Part shown: positions 1 to 10,026 of the stretch, one piece after another
Position numbering within the stretch: position 1 is the first letter of the stretch
Layout: each line of letters begins with the position of its first letter
IMG/VR virus record: IMGVR_UViG_3300032212_000095
Coordinates: 1-35,056 of that record
Direction: 5' to 3' (one strand)
Length of the DNA stretch: 35,056 nucleotides
Source: a virus
Lineage: Duplodnaviria; Caudoviricetes
Notes under the pieces: model-generated
Told to the model about the DNA's origin: nothing
Database searches by the model: none
Seen by the model: the letters and a program-made list of their open reading frames with translations, nothing else
Position numbers and translations under genes: made by a program

Positions 1-1
1 C

Positions 2-1369
2 AGGTGCTACAGGTGCCCACCCGGTTGCATCTGAAACTGATGTGGTTGTCCCGTCATAGACGAATTGAATGGCTCCCGCCGGACCTCCAATGAGAACGCT
101 AACAGTCGTTCCTGTGTCAACGGAGGCTGTCGCTGCCCATGAAACAAAGGCAGATCTGGATGCAAACACATATTTGGTTGCCACCTCTACCCATTGCGTC
201 CAAGCTGAAACAACAAATATTCTTGTGTAAATCGAACCATCGTCGGCGAACCATATTTGCGAAGATCGGTTGTTTGGGCCGCGACGATCAACATTAAGAA
301 AACCAAAGCCACCCGGTTTGGTTCCTGTCGATCCACTCTCGGCGTAGTATCTGCCAGTTGGTAATGTGTAATCGTCAACATCTCCAGTGTATAGGATCAC
401 CCCTCCACCCAAGCCGAATGCGCCGGGGGTCATAAACTTTCCAGCCGTGGTATCTGTGGTTGATGCCTGCGCTAGTGATGATTTCAGGTTTGACCACGAC
501 ATTTTTTTCAGGACATTCACCGCAGCACTATCAATCAACCCCACCGTGTCTGCGTTTGCGGGGGTGGTTTTAGCCGTGGCACCATCAATTGCTGCACCGA
601 CGTTGGCGGTGTCGGTTACGTCAGCGGATGCCTCAATGCCGTCCAGCTTGGTGCCATCAGCGGCTACATCCCGACCATCGACGGTGCCAGAAACCGCTAT
701 ATCCGCGCTCCACCCGGTCATTCCGGCGATGTCTGTGTTTCCATCATCAAGAAACCGATACTGACCGAGATCATCAAACCAAATAGTTCCAACCGCGACA
801 GTATCGCCCGCCGCATCCATCCGCGCCTTGGCCGCAACCATGCGTGCGCGGGTGGAGAAGTTGGGGCCGGCCTCGTACACCTCGACACCGCCGGCAGTCG
901 TATAGTGCCCATCACCGGCGGCGTCTGCCGCGAACTGGAACATCTGACTGCCGATCACGACATAGCCGTTCTCCGCGATGGTTCCCGCTTGATTGGTCCC
1001 GAAAGTCAAAAGCTGGTCGGCCTCGAAGGCGGCCATCGTGTCAAAACGCGGGCCCACGAAAGCGTCCCACCGACCGAGATCGCTCGCGTGAACGGTCAGA
1101 AATACCGTGGCGTTGCCCGACAGGTCCAGAGCGCTGTCGCTATTGCTGCTTTCAACAACAGATCGTGTCAACGTGGTCCCGGTGGCGGTGTAGGTGCCCA
1201 GACCTATCTCCCACCCCGCTCCGTCCTCGATGACGTACGCAACCGTCGCCCCGTCAGCCACGCCCCCGTCGGCGAAAGACTGGTATCCCGAACGCGCGCT
1301 GCCCAGCGTCAGCGTGCCCGTACCCGTGGTACTCGTGAGCACCCAGACGCGATTATATGGTGCGGTCAT
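2..1369 (-). CDS. Tail fibre/tailspike protein, runs off the left edge (at least 456 aa; absent from the supplied ORF track)
   Basis: Manual translation from ATG 1369 (GAGGT RBS upstream) is open to the window edge. It reads [32 protein letters not shown]...WEIGLGTYT (common phage fibre N-terminus), then [16 protein letters not shown], then a pyocin-knob-like segment GAFGLGG...[13 protein letters not shown]. It follows the ejection proteins. Confidence 0.85.
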   Translation of the reverse strand, partial: MTAPYNRVWVLTSTTGTGTLTLGSARSGYQSFADGGVADGATVAYVIEDGAGWEIGLGTYTATGTTLTRSVVESSNSDSALDLSGNATVFLTVHASDLGRWDAFVGPRFDTMAAFEADQLLTFGTNQAGTIAENGYVVIGSQMFQFAADAAGDGHYTTAGGVEVYEAGPNFSTRARMVAAKARMDAAGDTVAVGTIWFDDLGQYRFLDDGNTDIAGMTGWSADIAVSGTVDGRDVAADGTKLDGIEASADVTDTANVGAAIDGATAKTTPANADTVGLIDSAAVNVLKKMSWSNLKSSLAQASTTDTTAGKFMTPGAFGLGGGVILYTGDVDDYTLPTGRYYAESGSTGTKPGGFGFLNVDRRGPNNRSSQIWFADDGSIYTRIFVVSAWTQWVEVATKYVFASRSAFVSWAATASVDTGTTVSVLIGGPAGAIQFVYDGTTTSVSDATGWAPVAP

Positions 1370-1401
1370 GTGTTCATACCTCGTGCCATGCTACCATCTT
1401 T

Positions 1402-4400
1402 CTACCAGCTCCTCGCCCCCGAGGATAGACTTTCCAGATCCGCCTCTTCCCCGTCCGTCAGCAGGCGCTCCCGCGCCTCGGGCCACAACTCTTGTATAAC
1501 GGCGTCGTCGTAAATCCGTGCCGCAGCCCGACGGCGCAGCAGCTCGTCGCGCACGGCGGGAGAGATCGCGGCGATCTCGGCCTCGATCATACCCAGATCG
1601 CTCGGATCCCGGTGACCCCAACCCTCGGCCTCGATCAGGATCAGGGAGTTGCGCGCGGCCCGGGTGGCGTAGTCCTGCAACAGGGTGGAGAGCTGCGTCC
1701 GGTCGCTCGCCGACAGTTGGATGACCGCCAGTGCGTCAGTGTCCGCCAGACCGGCTTCTGACCGGATGTCACGTCTCATCTGGGAGGCAACCGACGAGAT
1801 GTCGCGTGCCTGCCGCAGGGGGTGTAGCCTCTTCTCGTCGGCGGAGAAATGCTCGTTCAGCAGGGCGTAGACCCGCTCCTCCTCCGGCAGCGCGGCAAGA
1901 TTGCGCTCCGTCATCAGGGGGTTGCCGCTTTCAAGCCAGCGACTGTACGCGCGGTAGGAGCCTTGGAAGGTGCCCGTGGTGCCCGACATGCGCTCCCAGA
2001 AGTCCCTGACCGCCGTGCTGGAGCGGCTGGCGTCCCTAATGAAGCGCCGCAAGATGGGGGCGTCCACGGCGTCTAGGCTCATATCCACGGGGGACATGAT
2101 CTGGTTGTAGACCGTGCTCGCGTCGCGCGCCGCACTGGCACCCATGCTGCTCAGGTAGTGATCCACGATGATGGGCCGCCAACCCGTGATCGCGCCTATG
2201 TCACGCGCCAGCTGCGACGTGTAGGCGTTCACGGCCAGCTGGCTGTCGATCCGCGCCTCAGCCTGAAGCCACTGCGGGACCAGTTCGCGGCCGAAGAAAA
2301 AGTCGCGGTTGGCCATGTGCTCCACCATGGCCGTGATCAGGGGCTGCTGCGTGGGCAGGGAGATCATCTCCCGCAAACCGCGCCGCATGCGTGCCATGGC
2401 GGCTTGGTCGCCGCCGCCTGCTTCGAGCCCGCGCTCGATGATGTTGGAGAAGATCGCCCACTCGAAGGGTTTCGGTATGTAGGCGAGACGGCCATTCCCC
2501 GTGGGGATGACCCAGCCCGTGACCCGCAGGTACTCGCTGGCCTCCTGATAATCCTCGTCATCCTTGAACAGGAAGTGGATCAGGGCCCCGATCAACCCGA
2601 AGCTGGCCATCTTCATCCACGCCTTGCGGCCCGTGTTAATGGCCCGACGCTCATTACGTGTCAGGGTCTGGTCCCCGTCGATGCTGCGGAAATACGACCG
2701 CAGGGCGAACATGAGACCGCGCCGCCGGGCAACCTCCGTCGCCCCCAGCGTGCGCACGAACTTGCTGAGACCTTGAATGTTGGCGTTCAGGAAGGGGATC
2801 AGGCGGCGGACGGCCAGCGTCTTGGATCCGTGCAGGCCGAAAGAGGCGATGTCAGTGGCCGTGTGCGCGGCCTCGATGCCCGCCTCCCACTCCGTGAGCC
2901 CGTCGGCCAGCGCACGCTCGTACGCGGCCTTGAAGACCCCGATGCGCGTGCCTGTCTCCGTCACCTCCGTGACGTGCGCCAGACCGCGTAGCATGCCCGT
3001 GGGCGTGGCCTCGAACGTATTCGTCAGGTAGCCCTTGCCAGTCAGGGCCCTGAGATCCCGCGCGATCCGGGCCCTGTCGAACTGGGCCACGCCAGCGCCG
3101 CCCATGATGCCGCCAAAGATGTTGTATTTTCGCGCCCACTCCGTCTGCAGAAGCTCGTTGCCCACCCCCTTCAGACCGCTCCAGAAGGGTTTGAAGCCCA
3201 CATCCGTGGCCGTCCACGAGCTGAGCTGGTCGCGCACGAAGTTGACGAGGATGAAGTCGGGCCAGCTCGTGATCCCGGCCCGGAATACGTTGGAGCTGAG
3301 CGCCATCAACTCGAACAGGGTACCCTGCGCCTCTGACCCCAGCCCGTTCAGGGCGTTGACGACATCCGCCGCCACGCTCTGGTCATTGATCTGCAGCGCC
3401 TTCACCTTGCCGCCGTCGCGGTAGAAGATGATTGGCTCTCCCCGCGTGCCCGTGGTCTCGTGGCGAAAGAAGGACAACTCGTGGTTATTCTCAAGAAAGG
3501 GCTGCAGGATGATCGACAGCTCCTCCGCCTCCGCTGTCCCGATACTGTCGTCGTTCGTGAGCTTGCGCACGAGATCCGCCGTGGAGACGCGCATGGCGCG
3601 GGGATCCGTGGCCGGGATATTTTCCACGAAGCGACCGGCCTCGCGCCCCGCCCTGTCGGTCAACCGGGCCAGCGCCTTGCGCACGTCGTTCTGGGCGATC
3701 ATGCTCTCGACGGCGATGGTCTTCTGGATCAGCGATTGCATGGGGTCGATCACGCGCCTGTCGGATCCGCGCAGCTGGAAGACCACGCGGCGCAGCTCGC
3801 CCGTCCGGTTGGTCATGTTGCGCATGATGGTGCCCATATCGCCGCCCGTGTCGCTCATGTCGCGCAGGAGGGGCACGTAGAACTCGTCTTCCTCCATGCC
3901 CACGAACTGCTCGGGGGTGATCAGCCCTGCGTCGTGCATCCGCACCCAGAGGGCCCTGCCGTACCCGCGCACAAGATCCGCGCCGTGGGTGAAGCTGTCG
4001 CCGTACTTGCTCTCCATCTCCTTGATGACCTGTTGAGCCGCCTGAGGGGAGGCGTTCACGGCGTCGCGCTCCAGATCGCCCCTCTCCTCCAGCGCCGCGA
4101 CGCGCCGGGCCACAAGATACGCCGCGAAGTCTTTCTGCCTCTGCTCATCGAGCTTGCGCAGCCTGTCCCCCTCTTTCACGCCCTGCGACACCTCCAGAGC
4201 CTTCTGCAAAGGTGCCGCCATGGCCTCGGTGCTGTGGTATCGCATGACGCCGTCGGTCGTCATCTGTCGCATGGCCGACCCGGTGAAGTTGTTCACGAGC
4301 TGCGCCAGCTTGCCCGGGTCGTCGGCCATCTTCAGATCAAGCAGCCCGGCCTCGGTGCGCGATGTCGCGTTGAGCAGGCGCGATGTCAGAAGTTGCAGGC

Positions 4401-7400
4401 CATAGATGTGATCCACGTAGTCGTTGACGAAGGCCTGACCGACGGAGCGGAAAAGGGCGGACGCCGTCTCCCGTGCACCCTTCTCGTGCACCTGCTGCAT
4501 GAGTGCCTGCGCGGTGGTGTTGGGGGTGGCGGAGGCGATCATGGAGCGGAACTCGTTCGCGGATGACTGCATCTTCCACGACTTATACATCGTGCCGACG
4601 TCGTTGATGCCCGAGAGGATCTTGGGTGCCTCGCGGGTCAGGAGATCCTCCATCGCCTTGGTCCAGCCGGGGGCGAACTGACGCGCGGCCTCTCGGTTCT
4701 GCACGAAGAGGCGGAACAACTCGGCGTAACCCTCCCGCAGTTTCGCTTCGCGCGGCTTGCCGCTGAGATTACCCTCGTACAGCTCCTCGGCGGCCCGCAG
4801 GATCTCCCTGCGGTGGCTTTGGACGAGGGGCCTCATGGAGCCGTCCATGCTGTCGTACAGGTCGTGCCCGGCCTCGTGAAAGAGGGTGGAGACGTCGCTC
4901 ATGTTGCGCAGACGGATCGTGCCCTGCTTACGGCTGTATTGCCCCATGATCTCGCTGCCCTTGAGCGTGAAGCGGCCCTGATTGGCCACGACGCCCATGA
5001 CGGTGCGGAAGCGTCGGGAGATGTCCTGCAGGGACATGGGCTCGATCTCGGCATTGACCTCGTTCGTGGGCACACCCTCGGTCGGGCGCGTCGGCTCGCC
5101 CTTGTAGGGCGCGCGATTGGAGGCCGTACCGCGCCCTCCCTCGCGCGGAGGCGTGCCCTCGGCTGCGAGGAAGTCGGGGTTGTTGGCGTCGAACTCGCCC
5201 CGGTTGAAGACGCCCTTGATCTGCTCGGGGCGAAGGGCGACGTAGCTGGTGCTGCCCGGATCCTCAATTACGTTCTCGTAAACGACGCCGTCATAACCCA
5301 GCTCTTCGAGCGCCGTGGCGAGACGCTCGAAGAGGGGACGCGTTTCTTCCAGCTCTGCGCTATTCCAGTCCACGCCAGCCATATCGTCGAGAATGGCTTC
5401 GATGGTACCCGTCTTCGTCCCCCCGTCTGTGGACGAGAACGTGACCGCAGTCATAATCTGGCGGGTCATGTCATAGGGGGTTTCCCACGACCCCATCATA
5501 CCCTTTTCCGCGCCCACGCTCAGGGGGTTTCGGATGTTCAGATACGCGGGGATGATGCGCTGGCGCGCATAGGTGAGGGAGGCTACGCCCAGAAAGTCGG
5601 GGTGGAACTTACTGTTCACCTCGATGCGATCATTCGCCGCCTGCGTGGTGCCGAAGTGGGACATCGGCATGAAGTCTTCGAAGGCGGCCTTGGTGCTATG
5701 GTACACCACCAGCGGCTGGCCGTTCTCGTCCATCACCTGACTGTCGCCGAACCACGCCTTGAACTCCGGCGTCTCCGTGATGTCCGCCCGCGTGCTGATC
5801 TGGGCGTCGAAGTCATCGCTGAGCACGTCGCTGCCGTCGCGCTCGTCCACGATACTGTCTGCCGCCACCTGATTGAACAGGCCCACGACCGCACCCGCTT
5901 CGTGGTAGGGGTTAAAATACCCCGCGTAGCCGATCTCGCGCACCCGGGAGACGGCGAGATCCACACGCGCCTCGGGTGTAGCGCCCTCGTTGGCGCGCAG
6001 GCCCATCGGGTCTTCGGCCAGATTGTACAGTCGAGCGGCGGGGATTGTCAGCTCGTGCCGATACGGCCCGAGGTTCTCCTTGCGGTAGCCGCCCTCCTGA
6101 CCGACGCCTGCACCCAAGAAGACATGCTTCCAGCCCATGCGCCGTTCGCCGCCGAGCAGGGGCCCGGTCCCCGCTTGCGCGGGGTCCAATACTGGCCGGG
6201 GTTCGTTCGACCAGTGGGTAAGGGTCAGGTTTCCTTTTTCGTCGGCAAAGGGTTGGCTTCCGGCCTGCGCAGCGAGCGTTTCCACTCTTCCTCGCTGGGC
6301 GCGCTCGGAGCGCTGCTCCTCTTGGAGGATTTCGGCGGCGAGCTGGCCATGGAGCGTTTCCCGAGCTGAATGAAGCTCGGCAGGGAAATCTCGTCCTGTC
6401 GCGTCGCGATAGTGGTTTTCATAGTCAGTCCCCTCTTTCGTCCAGTCATTCTCAATATAGACCACGTCGGCGTTTGCCAACTGGGCATTGGCATCCCTGC
6501 GCATGGGGTGGAAGGCCGTCGGCCCCAACGCCACATCCATGGGCGAGGGTTTGCTCTCGTCGAACACCATGTCATCGTTGATGCCCATGAAGGCGCGGAT
6601 TTTTTTCGCCTGTGCGCCCGTACCCCCGGCCACGATACGGATACCCTCGCTGCCATCTGGCATGATCACGCTGGTGAAGCCGTCAATCAAGCCCTCGGGC
6701 GCGGCTACGCGGATCTTGTCGAAGGCCTCCGCGTGCTGGGTGCGCGTGAACTCTCCGCGCGGCCACGTAACGGTGATGGCGTAGGTCTTGGAGCTTTTCG
6801 TGGCCGGGGTGAGCCGCGCCGCGAACATGGCGTCCTGATCGAGCAGGTAGCCCAGCGAGGCCGCCGTCGCCTGTGCCTGATCGCGCGTGGCGAAGAGCTG
6901 CGATGATACATTGATGGACAGCGCGCCCTGCCAGCCCCCCTGCCCCGTGAAAACGGGCGTGGCAGCCGAGGCGTTGCTGACCCTGAAGGCTATGTCCTGT
7001 GCCCGCTGGGCGTGCTTGCGCGTGATGCGGTTTTGCGCCGCCGGGGGGAGGTTTTTGAGCCGCTCGGCCATGGTCCGCACGAGGGGGTGCGAGGACGTGT
7101 CACCGGGCACGATCTCGAAGGCCATCGTGTAGCTGTTCTCGGACACGGCCTCCTGAGGAGTACCCTCGCGGCTATCCATCAGGCGCAGCGTGGCGTGCCA
7201 GCCGACGGCCTGCACCTCGCGGGGCTGCCAGTCGCTCCTGCCCTGCCATCCGATCTCGTTCAGGTGGTTGGTCAGCCGGCGTCCGAACTCGGCCCTGTTC
7301 TCGTACATGCGACCGCTGACGTTGATTTCTTTCCCCCCGGGGAAGTCCACCTGCACGCCCTCAGGTATCGCGTAGCCGCGCGTCTCCAGAGCGCTGAGAA

Positions 7401-10026
7401 ACGGGGCGTCCACGATGCCCGTGTCGCGCGCCGTGTGCCGGTCCACCACGAAGGGCGCGCCCGTCGATGTCGCGTTACCCGTCCACATGCGCGTGGGGCT
7501 GTTGCGCCCGCTGTCGATGAAATCCGAGATCTTGGCCCCCACGCCCCCCGTGAGGGTCTGCCCGGCGAGGATGGAGCGGACACGGTCGGACACAGCACCA
7601 AAGCGCTGGATGCGCGGTTGGTTGGTGCCCGTGGCGAGGTTATCGTTCTGCAGCAGGGCGTCGCGCATAGCGGCTGTGGGCGACACTGCTTGGTTAGCCG
7701 CCAGCCACCCGATCATGTAGCGCTCCGCGACCACGGGCTGGTCGGGGAACAGCTCGTCGAACGTGCTGCGCAGATCCTCATACCAGCGGCTGAAGCGCGT
7801 GATGTCTTCGGCGGGGAGCAGGGCCTCCGTCTTGGCGATCCAATCGTCAAACGTGAGGTCGCCCACCGCAATGTCGGGCAGGCCGCTACCCGCAGGGGCC
7901 GCGATCACTGTGCGAGGAGCGGGCGCGAAGCCCCGACCCTCGTTGGCGATGGCACGCTCGGCGAGGCGACGATTACCCTCCGTAACGGTGTCGGACAGAC
8001 TGATGAAGGGAGCCTGCTCGCCCGTCTGTGCGCCCTCCGTGATAACGGGTGCCACTTGCGCGTCTTCCCCGGGGGCGGCTATCTGGGCGGCCTCGCGCAG
8101 CGCGTCTCCGATGTTCGCGGGGTCCGTGTCCTCGGGCAGCGTATCGAAGAAAGTCTCGTCGAAGTTGTTGGCGGCGGCCTGAAAGCGCGAGGGAGCGTTG
8201 GCCGTGATCGCTCTGATCTGCGCCAGACCGTCCTGTATCTCCGCCTCCGTCCATATGGGCTCGACGACACTCCCATACGCCGCGTAACCGGACGTTGCCA
8301 TGCCGCCAGCCGCGCCGGTTATGGCCCCGAGGCCGCCCTGTCGCAGCCACTGGGCGAAACTTATCTCTCGGGTCGGGTCGCCCGCATCCGCGCCCAGCCA
8401 GCCCCCGAAGCCATATCGCAGGAGGAGATCCTCCCCGGCGGATTGCGAGAACTCCTGAATGAACTCTTCCATCGAGCTGGCAGAGCTGTTGGCCAGCACC
8501 TGCGCGAAGCGTTCCGGGCCGAAGGCGTCGGACATGCGGCGAAAGGCGCGATCCACGGGAATGGCCTCCGAGGCACCTAGTCCAAGACCGAAAATCAACT
8601 GCCAGTAGCGCGCCCCTGCGTCGGCATAGATGGCTTGCTCGTGCTGAATGGAGCCCTGCGATGCAGCGCCTGCGGCCCACACGGGGATGCGTGCCGCTCC
8701 GGCAACATAAAAGCCGAGAAGAGATCCCGTGGCACCGCCCAGCTGGGACATGAATTGATCGTCGCGCGCCGGATCGTTCGGGGCGATCTGGTCTATGGCA
8801 GCGTTCATGCGGTCGGAAAACCAGCGAAGCGTGCGGTTGTTTTCGCTGTCCCACGCCTCGTCCCCGCCGCGAAAGAAGCCCACCACTGGTGCCATCAGTA
8901 AGTCCACGGTCTCGACCGAGCCGGGGACCAGCCCGAGACTGTCTCGTACGACGCCCGCGAAGGCGTCTTGAATGGCGGTCATGCGGTAGCGCTCAAGCTC
9001 GCCGCCAATACGCTGGTTTTGCTCCGCATATGCCTCGAACGACTGGCGCAGGGTGTCGTAATTTGCCTCCGGCACTTCCAGCGCGGCCAGCTCCTCCTCT
9101 ATAGCCGCCCGGATGGCCGGATCCTCCTCGCCGTCCAGCATCTCCCGCAGTAAACTCCGCTGCGCCTCGTCTTGCTCGGCCTGAAGAGCGTCATATCCCG
9201 TGGGGGCCTCTGCGGGAGGTGTCGGGGCGTCGCGCAGGTTATCGAGAAAATCTGTCAGCGTCTGCGTATCCACAACCGGGTCTTCGCGCTCCGGGAGGCT
9301 GGCAGGGTCCGAGGTACGATCTACGCTGCTACCCCGGCGTGCCATTTGCCCCAACTCGGCGATCAGCGCCGCGCGTGAGGTGGGGTTTGTCTCCTCCCCT
9401 AGCGTGTCGATAAGTTCTTGAAAATACTCGGCCTCTTCAGGAGAGAATTGATCCCCTATGACATCCGGTATCTCCACGGAAGTGGGTTCCACGTCTCCGC
9501 GTTGCGCCTGTTCCGCGATCTCCAGCGCCGCGTCGCGCGCCATCTGCTCCAGCTGCGGCAGCCCTTCCAGAGCCTCCGCACCGACCTGCTCGGTCAGTAT
9601 TTCTATCGCACGCGCGGACCCGACGGCCTCCGCCACCCGGCCAAATTCTGTTGTCAGGGCGGTGTAGGCTTCGTCCCGCTCGCGCGTGTGGGCCTGCAGC
9701 GCCTCCGTGTCCGACAGGGGGGCGAACAGACCTCTGCTCAGTTGCGGAGCGTATGTCATGGCGTCCACGAATGGGTTGCCGGTGTTAGGCATGCTCTCGA
9801 AGGCGCTGAGCGCACCACCTACATCGCGCGCCGCCTCGGCCATCCGCGCCTCGCGGTCGGCGGCGCGTCGCTGCACGTCCAGCTGCTCCTCCAGCCTTCC
9901 CTGCAGGAGCAGGAAGTTCTCGGTTGCCTGCGTGGCCGCTACCCCGTCTTGGAGCGCGGGCTGACCGAACAAATTCGCGAGGGCGTCGTTCGACCCGTTA
10001 TCGGTGATGAAGGGGCGATGGGTCAT
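1402..10026 (-). CDS. Giant internal virion/ejection protein (T7 gp16 position), polyvalent: HhH/DUF7178-like domain, two ADP-ribosyltransferase-like domains, HExxH zincin-like motif, C-terminal LPD38
   Basis: 2874-aa ORF. ART-PolyVal-like motifs: FKAWFGDS...PLVVYHST...AYLNIRNPL...GYDGVVY...YVALRPEQIK. Zincin-like: TLFHEAGH...EGYAE. LPD38-like: IPFLNANIQG, YIPKPFEW, NRDFFFGRELVP. Synteny after tail tubular B and two smaller internal proteins. Confidence 0.85.
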   Translation of the reverse strand: MTHRPFITDNGSNDALANLFGQPALQDGVAATQATENFLLLQGRLEEQLDVQRRAADREARMAEAARDVGGALSAFESMPNTGNPFVDAMTYAPQLSRGLFAPLSDTEALQAHTRERDEAYTALTTEFGRVAEAVGSARAIEILTEQVGAEALEGLPQLEQMARDAALEIAEQAQRGDVEPTSVEIPDVIGDQFSPEEAEYFQELIDTLGEETNPTSRAALIAELGQMARRGSSVDRTSDPASLPEREDPVVDTQTLTDFLDNLRDAPTPPAEAPTGYDALQAEQDEAQRSLLREMLDGEEDPAIRAAIEEELAALEVPEANYDTLRQSFEAYAEQNQRIGGELERYRMTAIQDAFAGVVRDSLGLVPGSVETVDLLMAPVVGFFRGGDEAWDSENNRTLRWFSDRMNAAIDQIAPNDPARDDQFMSQLGGATGSLLGFYVAGAARIPVWAAGAASQGSIQHEQAIYADAGARYWQLIFGLGLGASEAIPVDRAFRRMSDAFGPERFAQVLANSSASSMEEFIQEFSQSAGEDLLLRYGFGGWLGADAGDPTREISFAQWLRQGGLGAITGAAGGMATSGYAAYGSVVEPIWTEAEIQDGLAQIRAITANAPSRFQAAANNFDETFFDTLPEDTDPANIGDALREAAQIAAPGEDAQVAPVITEGAQTGEQAPFISLSDTVTEGNRRLAERAIANEGRGFAPAPRTVIAAPAGSGLPDIAVGDLTFDDWIAKTEALLPAEDITRFSRWYEDLRSTFDELFPDQPVVAERYMIGWLAANQAVSPTAAMRDALLQNDNLATGTNQPRIQRFGAVSDRVRSILAGQTLTGGVGAKISDFIDSGRNSPTRMWTGNATSTGAPFVVDRHTARDTGIVDAPFLSALETRGYAIPEGVQVDFPGGKEINVSGRMYENRAEFGRRLTNHLNEIGWQGRSDWQPREVQAVGWHATLRLMDSREGTPQEAVSENSYTMAFEIVPGDTSSHPLVRTMAERLKNLPPAAQNRITRKHAQRAQDIAFRVSNASAATPVFTGQGGWQGALSINVSSQLFATRDQAQATAASLGYLLDQDAMFAARLTPATKSSKTYAITVTWPRGEFTRTQHAEAFDKIRVAAPEGLIDGFTSVIMPDGSEGIRIVAGGTGAQAKKIRAFMGINDDMVFDESKPSPMDVALGPTAFHPMRRDANAQLANADVVYIENDWTKEGTDYENHYRDATGRDFPAELHSARETLHGQLAAEILQEEQRSERAQRGRVETLAAQAGSQPFADEKGNLTLTHWSNEPRPVLDPAQAGTGPLLGGERRMGWKHVFLGAGVGQEGGYRKENLGPYRHELTIPAARLYNLAEDPMGLRANEGATPEARVDLAVSRVREIGYAGYFNPYHEAGAVVGLFNQVAADSIVDERDGSDVLSDDFDAQISTRADITETPEFKAWFGDSQVMDENGQPLVVYHSTKAAFEDFMPMSHFGTTQAANDRIEVNSKFHPDFLGVASLTYARQRIIPAYLNIRNPLSVGAEKGMMGSWETPYDMTRQIMTAVTFSSTDGGTKTGTIEAILDDMAGVDWNSAELEETRPLFERLATALEELGYDGVVYENVIEDPGSTSYVALRPEQIKGVFNRGEFDANNPDFLAAEGTPPREGGRGTASNRAPYKGEPTRPTEGVPTNEVNAEIEPMSLQDISRRFRTVMGVVANQGRFTLKGSEIMGQYSRKQGTIRLRNMSDVSTLFHEAGHDLYDSMDGSMRPLVQSHRREILRAAEELYEGNLSGKPREAKLREGYAELFRLFVQNREAARQFAPGWTKAMEDLLTREAPKILSGINDVGTMYKSWKMQSSANEFRSMIASATPNTTAQALMQQVHEKGARETASALFRSVGQAFVNDYVDHIYGLQLLTSRLLNATSRTEAGLLDLKMADDPGKLAQLVNNFTGSAMRQMTTDGVMRYHSTEAMAAPLQKALEVSQGVKEGDRLRKLDEQRQKDFAAYLVARRVAALEERGDLERDAVNASPQAAQQVIKEMESKYGDSFTHGADLVRGYGRALWVRMHDAGLITPEQFVGMEEDEFYVPLLRDMSDTGGDMGTIMRNMTNRTGELRRVVFQLRGSDRRVIDPMQSLIQKTIAVESMIAQNDVRKALARLTDRAGREAGRFVENIPATDPRAMRVSTADLVRKLTNDDSIGTAEAEELSIILQPFLENNHELSFFRHETTGTRGEPIIFYRDGGKVKALQINDQSVAADVVNALNGLGSEAQGTLFELMALSSNVFRAGITSWPDFILVNFVRDQLSSWTATDVGFKPFWSGLKGVGNELLQTEWARKYNIFGGIMGGAGVAQFDRARIARDLRALTGKGYLTNTFEATPTGMLRGLAHVTEVTETGTRIGVFKAAYERALADGLTEWEAGIEAAHTATDIASFGLHGSKTLAVRRLIPFLNANIQGLSKFVRTLGATEVARRRGLMFALRSYFRSIDGDQTLTRNERRAINTGRKAWMKMASFGLIGALIHFLFKDDEDYQEASEYLRVTGWVIPTGNGRLAYIPKPFEWAIFSNIIERGLEAGGGDQAAMARMRRGLREMISLPTQQPLITAMVEHMANRDFFFGRELVPQWLQAEARIDSQLAVNAYTSQLARDIGAITGWRPIIVDHYLSSMGASAARDASTVYNQIMSPVDMSLDAVDAPILRRFIRDASRSSTAVRDFWERMSGTTGTFQGSYRAYSRWLESGNPLMTERNLAALPEEERVYALLNEHFSADEKRLHPLRQARDISSVASQMRRDIRSEAGLADTDALAVIQLSASDRTQLSTLLQDYATRAARNSLILIEAEGWGHRDPSDLGMIEAEIAAISPAVRDELLRRRAAARIYDDAVIQELWPEARERLLTDGEEADLESLSSGARSW

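Noticed and set aside
1366-1404. Genome-wide TAG recoding: reading through the TAG at 1402 would extend the giant protein to a TGA overlapping the tail-fibre ATG, and another gene has an in-frame TAG
   Set aside because: Very long ORFs (2874, 875, 852, 778 aa) contain no internal TAG, which a recoded genome would be expected to show. The overlap can arise by chance.
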